Shown here in pieces: positions 11,376-20,202 of a stretch of 64,000 nucleotides of DNA. The notes beneath the pieces are model-generated. The model did not search any database. It was not told the DNA's origin and saw only the letters and a list, made by a program, of their open reading frames with translations. The stretch comes from Dimorphilus gyrociliatus (taxonomy: Eukaryota; Animalia; Annelida), in the NCBI GenBank assembly GCA_904063045.1, contig CAJFCJ010000005.1, forward strand, positions 1,131,988 to 1,195,987, written 5' to 3'. Each line of letters opens with the position of its first letter. The first letter of the stretch is position 1. The position numbers were made by a program, and so were the translations under genes.

Positions 11376-13945
11376 ATGGATGAAATAGACGGTTATATAA
11401 CCCCAGGAAGTTCACACGGAGGTAATGCTGAAAAATTTGGCAATGAAGTTAAGGAAAATGGGAATAATGACACTTTAAACAATAATTCTGACGAATATGA
11501 CGATGATATAGACGAAGAAGAAGAAATAGATGAAGATGAAGATGATTCGGATGAGGTAAAATTAATTATTGCTCCCTTCATTTCACTTAAATTACTAAAT
11601 TATCAATTAACAGGTAGTAGCTGTTCAAGATGGAATATTAAATGACGATTTCATGGAAAAGGCTCTAAACCATCTGGCAACAACAGCGGAAGGAAGCGGT
11701 ATAGCGTATTTACATGCAACTCTAACAGTACGTATTCACTGTTTATAAAAATAACTATAATTGATAATCCTTTGTAATATATAGGCTTTAAATCTGGTTG
11801 ATATCTCTATCATTAGTGAGTACAAGCATTTGCAAAAGATAGACGTTTCCTTTAATAAGTTGTTGAACGTTGAGTGCCTGTCTCAATTACCCCACCTAAT
11901 TCACATTGATGTCTCTCACAACGAGTTAACATCCATAAGTCAACTCCAGAATATACGCCACCTACAGTATTTGAATGCATCTTACAATAACATTTCATCC
12001 ATGGAGGACTTTTCCCAAAACATTCTGTTGAACACGCTGATTATGGATTGTAAGTTATTATTATTTTTAATATATTCTGATAAGAGCAAAATATGTGTGT
12101 TTACTCATCTATTCATTTATTTACTCCTCTATTAGATAATCAGATAAACGTTATCACTGGATTAGAAAACAATAAGCGATTAAAATATTTCAGTGCAGCC
12201 CATAATTGTATTGAATATATTGAAGGAGTAGATTTTTTACCTATAAAGACTTTAATTCTAGTAAGTAAAATAACTTTATTTCTCTGAAAGGTTGATAAAA
12301 GATTTATTAAGTTGAGTTTTTTAAACAGAACCATAATAATATATGCCAAATTACAAATTTGGATACATTATCTATGTTAACGAGCCTAAATCTCTCTTCC
12401 AACAATTTGAGAAGTTTAAAGGGTTTGGACCACAATGAACTACTTACCATCCTAGAAGTGGACGATAATGAAATAATTGATTTTAGCGAAATATCTCGGT
12501 TAAAACTCTTAAGAAACCTAAGATTCTTGACACTTAATAGGAATCCCCTTCTACAATTACCTGATTATCGCTTGGCAGTGATTTATCGCTTGCCTTTCCT
12601 TACAGAATTAGATAGGTCTAAGGTAACAATAAAAGAAAGAGTGGCCGCGGAAAATTGTCTAAATCCTCCAATAGGAGTAAGTTCAGCAAGGGAGCATGCA
12701 ATGCATACTGTATATGCTGTCGCTCAACCGCAAAAATTATTGCACTCAACTTTGGTTAACTCGCAAACTCCTTACCCAATGCTTGTACTCGTCGGACCAC
12801 ATGCGTCTGGTAAACACCAGCTTGCAATGCACCTGGTGGAAGAATTGAAGGATTATTTCAAGTTTGCATTGTCTCACACCACTAGGAAGCCGAGAGACGA
12901 TGAAACAAATGGCGTAGATTACCATTTCGTCAGTCTTGATGAATTTGAATCGTTAATTAAACAAGGTCGTTTGTTACAAACGTATGAAGAAGATGATGCA
13001 CTTTACGGCTTAACAATTGATGCAGTAGAAGATGTTGCAAAGGATGGTTTTGCTTGTGTTGCTCATATGGAGTTAGAAGGCGTTTTAACTTTGAAAAAGA
13101 CGCATTTTGAAGCACGTCTACTTTTGACCATGCCTGCATCTCCCTTTGCTCATGAGAAAAGAATGCGCGATAGAGGAGGCTATTCAGATGAATCTATCGA
13201 CCGCGTGCTAAAAAGGGCTCATTCCTACGCCGAATACAACAGAGAACATCCAGGTTTTTTCGATCTAGTTATTTGTGATGATGAGCTTGCGGATGCCTAT
13301 CGGCGTCTCCGAAGGGTAGTTCTAGACTACTTAGGAATAGGCGGAGAGGAGTCTCCATCGGAAACAGTTTCTGCTCTGCAACCAGGTTTCGATCGTGAGT
13401 ATACTTGGGGTGAAACTCCTATGAGCAGAAATAGTATTGGTCATCTGGAGCGAGAATCTCGTCAGAGGAGACAGGACATGGCTAAAGAAGCTGTTCACGG
13501 AGGAAAGCTACCACTTTATGACCGAATTGCTTCAGAAAGGGCTAAAACGGTACCACAATTAGCAACAGAACAGGCATCAGGATTAGGTGGAGACGATTTC
13601 GGGAAAGAAATTAGAGTTTACTCGGCTCCGGTTGACAATCTAGACGCTTTACCGCCAAATTCGCCCGATTCAAGTGAATTAAGTAGTGAAGGAACTTCTT
13701 CTTTTGGAGATCTGAGTGAAGCTCGTCAATCAGACACCAGCAGTAGATCAGACGACAATATTGACCTAATAAATAATGACGAAGATATAATCGAAAAGGT
13801 GGATAGACTGGATTTATATTCAGGGTCACATCACACTATGTCGGGTACTTTACCAGCTCCTCGACCTCCATCAGCTGGTCGACCTGGTTCAAATACGTAT
13901 CCAGTGTTACCACCTATCTCATCTCCCCCTGTACCCTCTTTGTAA
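11376..13945 (+). CDS. LRGUK: Leucine-rich repeat and guanylate kinase domain-containing protein
   Basis: Acidic N-terminus, multiple LxxLxLSxN repeats, LRRcap LPDYRLAVIYRLPFLTELD, and a guanylate kinase domain (LVLVGPHASGK, SHTTRKPRDDETNGVDYHFV). Confidence 0.92.
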
Positions 13946-14187
13946 GAATTGAAAAGTTGCGTATGGTCTTACAATATTATTTATTCTGTTCTTGAAACGT
14001 GAATATGAAAAAAATAAATTACATAATAGACAACAAACAGTAAGCAAGTGATTTCGTGCAGATGGCGCTCTCCTTGCCCAAACTTTCAACCCTCACACGT
14101 CGAAAATCGTTCTTCCGTGTAGGCGAATAGCCCTAAGGGTATGGGTGTCCGATTACAGTACCCACTCGCTCTTTTTCTCTCTTCTGT

Positions 14188-15594
14188 TTAGCCAGTGGTT
14201 GAAAAGTCAGCGTCTACTTTCTGTTTGCCAAACTTTCTTAAGACGGCGTTACGTATTTCTTTGCTACCAATAGTATACATAACGGGATCTAACCACGAAT
14301 TGCTAAACGCCAGAAGTTTAGCAACACTCCAGTATTCTTTCGATACTGAAAGTCCAGGTACCAAAAGGAGTACAGCTAATGGTATCCACGATATAATGAA
14401 ATATACAAGCAACACTATAATAGTAGCCATACCCCTTATTACACGTTTTCTCTGAGAGGCAGAAACTTGTGCGCTTTGCTCTGCAAACACTTTATTACTT
14501 TGCTTTCGTGCTATTACTAAGATTCTTATATAAAGTCCGGATATGGCCGCAACACTGGGAACCAATATTACTATAGTTGAGGAGAACATAAAACCATCAG
14601 GATAGATAACAAGAGGTGTACAGTAATCAAACCAAGGGTATCTTGGTTCATTTTGTACAATCCAAATAACAGTTGGCACAATGCCATACATTAACGGCAA
14701 TAACCAGGCCAAAGTGCATGAGATTATAGCAAATCTTTTATTCACTATTTGGTTATATCGAAGAGGATACTGAATCGTTATAAATTTTTCCGCGCCAATA
14801 ATCTGTCGAACAAGTAATGAAATACATAAAAACTACTTATTTTCCATCATTTACCTCGATCCTACATCAAGAAGATATCGAAAGCCGATGAAAGCACTTT
14901 GTGCAAACACTCCTCTTCGTAATATATTTTTGTAAAAATCGTTTAATGACTAGCAATCGGCCAGATTTGTTTATTGTTTGTCAAAACTACAGATAAGATT
15001 TCTACTTTCGGGCTATTATACTTCCGAGTCGCGATTTTTATTTCTCCGAACTTTTTGTGTTATATTGAAAACAATGACAGATTTTTAGGATACACTTAAT
15101 TACTACTATAAGTAACATGTCTATTTATAGTACGGATAAAAATAATAATAATAATTTTTAATTGATACTAATAGAATAATATTAAATAAAATACTTACGA
15201 CAAGATGAACTATTGGAACTGTAGGTAGGGCAATAATTCCTATGTAATTGGCCAAGCATATCCTGTAGTTATCATAAAGTATTAGCTGGTTTTCGGCCGA
15301 ATATGCAGTTGGTATCGTAATACACCCAACTAACAAATCTCCGACTGACAAAGAAGCCGCTACTGCGAAAGTAACTTTACGTAACCGACGCGTGAAACAG
15401 ATAAGTGAAATGAAAAGGAGGTTATTAAGAATGATAAGACCAATCTGAGTCACCATAATACAATTTTCCCAGTGAGGTCTATTTGGAAAAGTAATTAACG
15501 GGAAAGCGTTAGCGTTGAAATTTCCCGAGGCGATTAATCGCTGTTGATAAGCGTAAGCTGCGGCGATTTTATCAAAGTCCAAGGCAAACGACAT
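14188..15594 (-). CDS. Orphan class A (rhodopsin-like) GPCR (exons about 15594-15199 and 14802-14188)
   Basis: TM2 SLSVGDLLVG, spliced TM3 HLV|IIGAEKFITIQYPLRY, TM6 YFIISWIPL and TM7 FSNSWLDPVMY. Confidence 0.85.
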
Positions 15595-16071
15595 GATCCT
15601 TTTGCATAAAAACCAATAGTGTCGAGACGACAAGCGAAAAGCGTTTATATACGCACGGAAATTATTAAGCGTTCAATGGAAAATAGATGCTAGAGAGTAC
15701 GCGTTAATCGAAAGCTTATCGGCATCTAATTTCATTAGTACGCGTAATGAGCATGCTTTATCTCAAACTTTGCGAGTCCACAGGGAGCGGTCGCTCGACC
15801 ACGTGCGCAGTTAAGCGATCTTCTTTTGGTCTCTTACTTGATGACTTCACACCAGCTGCAAGCCGGATAAAGGAGGTATATAAAACTACAAGAGATAGAA
15901 ATCAGGATAGGAGAAGGAGCAAAAGCACATCCTTAGTCTAGTTCGTTCTGCCTCAGCTAAATAGGCGATTGGCCGAAACAAGCTCCGCCTTCGAAAAGTA
16001 GCCCCCCTCCCACCTCCCCCACCGTTCTCTCTCTAATCTCTTATACGGCGCCCTTTTCTTTATAGCCGGCC

Positions 16072-17595
16072 ATGACCGACCTTCGAAGTTGCAGATTCGA
16101 TTCTTCAAGCTCCGCCGCGTATGACGGACGACAGCAAATGTGCAATAATTCATCTGCCACTTGGCGTCGTGATACTGTTGAATCAGTAGTAAAAGAGGAG
16201 CGATCAACTAAATCTGAGGGCTCCGGAGGGGGTAGCGGACACGTTCTGGCTCCCGCTGGCATGCACGGGCCTAGAAGTTGTCTCCTCTGGGCTTGTAAAG
16301 CGTGTAAAAGGCAAACTGTAACTGTGGATAGGAGGAAAGCAGCAACAATGCGGGAAAGAAGAAGATTACGAAAAGTAAATGAAGCCTTTGAAGTACTGAA
16401 AAGGAGAACTTGCCCAAATCCGAACCAGCGTTTACCAAAAGTTGAAATTTTGCGAAATGCTATCGAGTATATAGAATCTCTGGAAGATCTTTTACAGGGT
16501 GCAGGAGGTACTCGGATAGAAGATGGATATTCGGTGAGTTTTATATTTTTTGGTTCATTTTCTCAATTTTCCCTTTCGCTCGTCTAAATCGATAATAATT
16601 GCTACAAACTCTAATCTATTATCAGTCTGACTGATCTCTTCAAGATGTTTTGCCCTCTTCCCGAATAAAATCATTTAGGCGAATGAGAGATAAACTACAT
16701 TAGCCCTTAAGAGGAAAATTTTAAGAGCCTGGGCTATAGATTCAGTAGCGAAGGACTACAACTATAAACAATTATATATAACACATTTACAAAAGATTTT
16801 TAGCGGTCTCTTTGATGTAGACGGCCATACAAATCCCAGGCTAAGTGAAACATTCTCATCTCGTGCAAACAAACAGCACCAGATGCGGCCATGTAGGCTT
16901 AATTGCCGACCCGATTTATAAATGTATAAGTTATTTGGATGTTCAGTTAAATGTTTTGTATATGGAAGAAGTTGGAAAATTTTATTTCCTCGACTGTCAA
17001 AATATACGAAGCAGATAAATCTAGCCGAACGATAAATATACTTGTAGATTTAATCGAGTAAGAAAGTAAAAGGAGGAACCATGTCTATATTGCGCAATTA
17101 AGGAAATTTACGTAATAAACACCAAGTAATGTTTAATTAGAAACAGAGAGTATTCTCTTTCAAAATATACAAGTTATTTTACCAATCAAAATTACGAGTA
17201 ATGACAGCGAGGAGAGTTTATTTAAGTTTCATTCCCGTCTTTCCACTTAAAGCGATATCTCTTAAACAGACTGCCGTTCCGAATGGAGGAGGAAAGCAAA
17301 TCTTCCAGAACACTACTTTTTCAAGCCAGCATCAAGGTAAGACCCACACGTGTTATCGCTTTGTAATCCTTCTGAAGTGGACCGATTTTTCAATTGGCAA
17401 AATATTTCGACAAACTGCGGGTGGCCTTATCCAACATCTACTTCTTTTCCCTTAATATTCTTATCTTGGTCTTTTCTTTCAGCTTACGAAGACGACCGGA
17501 CGTCAACAGCGGCCAATTCGAGTCTCGACTGTTTAAGTATGATAGTTGACAGTATTCATCCAAATCCTCAAGTTAGTCAACCTGGATTATCATGA
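16072..17595 (+). CDS. MyoD: Myogenic bHLH factor MyoD/nautilus (exons 16072-16533, 17270-17336, 17483-17595)
   Basis: [57 protein letters not shown] and C-terminal helix [16 protein letters not shown]. Splice phases are consistent (0, 1). Confidence 0.95.
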
Positions 17596-18241
17596 CGAAT
17601 GTCATCGGCACGATGTTACTAGGGTCGAGGCAGGTTATCATTGGTGCTTGTTTGCTTAATCGGTTGCGAACAGACTGACGATTATTACTTACGGAATAAG
17701 CTGATTTGATTAATGGACAAAATAATTTTGACTTAACTTTTCTATGTAAAATTCTTTTCCGACGTAATCGTTGAGCATTGTATCTTGTAAATACTAATAC
17801 TTTCTACAAACGCATCATGAGGATGCATTAGGAAAAAAATACGAAATGAAAGGAATAGTTTTTATCCATTTTCTTATCTCTTATCGGTCATTATCAAGCG
17901 ACCCGCGTAGATTTCAAATAGCCTCTAATAAAGTAAGGAGGCTGTTGATAAGGGCGTATTGATAAGAAATCCGCAATCCGAGTTATTGATGGGTTAAGTC
18001 CCCAAAATAGGCCAAAGGAGTTTAGAAAGCAAATACGTTAAAAATTCGATTCTATAGGAACGCAATAGCGGTGGGAAAAATATAGGTCACGCAAACGTTC
18101 CGTCGAAAAAAAATTCTTCGCAATGTTCCGGCAAATGCCAAACGAACTTTCGAACGCAATCTGCATTCTGTCTCTGGAGGCGATTCGTTTTCATTTGTTG
18201 ACGTCAAAAGAAAATTTTGAAAGTTTTAGTACTGGAACATA

Positions 18242-20043
18242 ATGATCAATCGAATATCGTCGAAAGAAAACATTCCATGCGGAAATGACAAACCTCAAGC
18301 CGAAGTTCCAGAGAAAAGATTCAAGTCTGACTCTGGAAACGACGTTCCTCGAACCTTTAAAAATTTGAAGAAGGATAAGATCTATAAAAGAGGAAATTTC
18401 CTTGGAAAAGGAGGATTTGCGAGATGCTATGAAGCTACGCCAGTTCTGAACGGTCAAGTGTCGGCCCAGACTTTAGCTATTAAAGTAGTTCGCTTAGATA
18501 GATTGGCAAAGAAATTTCATCGGCAAAAAATGTATCAAGAAATTGAAATTCATAGCAAACTATCCCATCCAAATATTATTGGTTTTTATGAGAGTTTCAG
18601 TGATTCTCTTAATGTCTACATTGTACTAGAGTTGTGTAAAAGAAGAAGTTTAATGGAATTACAAAAAAGAAGGATAACAGTAACAGAGCCTGAGACTCGC
18701 TACTTCTCTTACCAAATTGCTCAGGGTTTGACCTATTTGCACGGACAAGGTATAATTCACCGAGATTTAAAATTGGGTAATATTCTTTTAAACGAAAATT
18801 TGGAAGTGAAGATTGGCGACTTTGGTCTTGCTACTCATAGTTGTCCTGGTCAAATGAGAAAGTCTCTTTGCGGAACACCAAATTATATTGCTCCTGAAAT
18901 TTTAAATCGTCAGGGTCATGACTTTAAAGTTGATTCGTGGTCCCTTGGTTGTGTTATTTATACCCTCCTTTTCGGTAAACCACCGTTCGAGAGATCGTCT
19001 TTAAAGGAAACTTATGAAAGTATTCAAGATCATAGATACTCCTTTCCCGATCGTCCTCAAGTTGGAGGGAATACTCGACGATTAATTAATCAACTCCTTT
19101 TAATGGATCCTTTACAAAGACTAGATATAAATGGCGTCCTGTGTCATACATTTTATACTTCAGGCTATCATCCCTCTTCTCTTCCCGACTCGTGCCTAAC
19201 TATTGAACCAAGGTTCGATCAAATCCAGTCTGAAGACGTTAAACTGGCGGGAAATATCTATTCGAAAACGATTGATTACCTGTCAGAGTTATTTGTTTTA
19301 TTAAATAAAGCAAAGAAGAGTCCAGTTCTTGAGGGTACCTGCGAAGAATTACAAAGTCCTGAAGATGCTCCAATATTTTGGCTGGCAAAATGGGTTGATT
19401 ACACTGACAAGTATGGATTTGGGGCAATGCTTTGTGATGGAAGTGTCTGTATTAAATTTAATGATAGCACCAGGTTAATAACAACTCGGAATTGCCGAAA
19501 TTTGCAATATGTAGACGCAAATAACAAGGAAGAGCTGTACACGATTAATAATTTTCCTCAGAAACTTAATAAGAAAGTGGTACTAGCAAAATATTTTAAA
19601 CGTTATATGGAATTTAACTTGAAGTCATCAGGTCCTAGGCGGGAAAACTCTGAAGCTAGTCAATTGTCAAGATTACCTTCGGTCAAGATGTGGTTTCGCA
19701 CACGGCGAACAACAGTATTCTACCTTAGCAATCACACATTTCAAGCAAATTTTAATGAAACACACGATAAGGTTAACGACTATATCTTCTTTAGTGCAGA
19801 TAACTAACAATAGCTCTTAACTATCTTTAGGTTATTCTCTGTCCTCTTCTGCAGTCTATCACTATAATAGATCAAGCAAATCTCGCAGAAACCTATAAAC
19901 TAAGTACAATCATTGACAATGGTTGCTGTACAAGAGTTTTGGAGCTTATTCGACACTGCGTGCCTCTCTTGGAACAATTTCTGAATATGAAGTCAAGATC
20001 AAGTATTAAGAGCGCCAAAAGTGTTTCAGTTCAAAGTACTTGA
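18242..20043 (+). CDS. PLK1: Polo-like kinase 1 (exons 18242-19771, 19831-20043)
   Basis: Kinase GKGGFARC, HRDLKLGN, DFGLA, LCGTPNYIAPE. Polo boxes WLAKWVDYTDKYGFG and WFRT..QANFNETHDK|VILCP. Confidence 0.95.
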
Positions 20044-20158
20044 GTTTAAAAATTTTCTTTTATTTATTCCCAACAAATATCTTTATACGAATATAAATAA
20101 ATTTATTATAATGTTGACATGATGTTAAAAATCCGCGCGAAATAGACAGACTGTGACA

Positions 20159-20184
20159 TCACGTGAGTACAAAGGTCATGTGAC
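20159..20184 (+). promoter_or_regulatory. Two CLEAR/M-box-like E-boxes (TCACGTGA 20159-20166; GTCATGTGAC 20175-20184) upstream of the lysosomal glycosidase
   Basis: Direct motif matches to TFEB/MITF-family sites 20-45 bp before the ATG at 20203. Confidence 0.6.
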
Positions 20185-20202
20185 ACAACAAATGAACTAA
20201 AT

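Noticed and set aside
11012-11581. Antisense ORFs 11012-11350 (+) and 11393-11581 (-)
   Set aside because: They are shadows of the CPT1-like and LRGUK coding exons.
15640-18240. Muscle microRNAs (miR-1/miR-133) near MyoD
   Set aside because: No match to the mature sequences was seen by eye.
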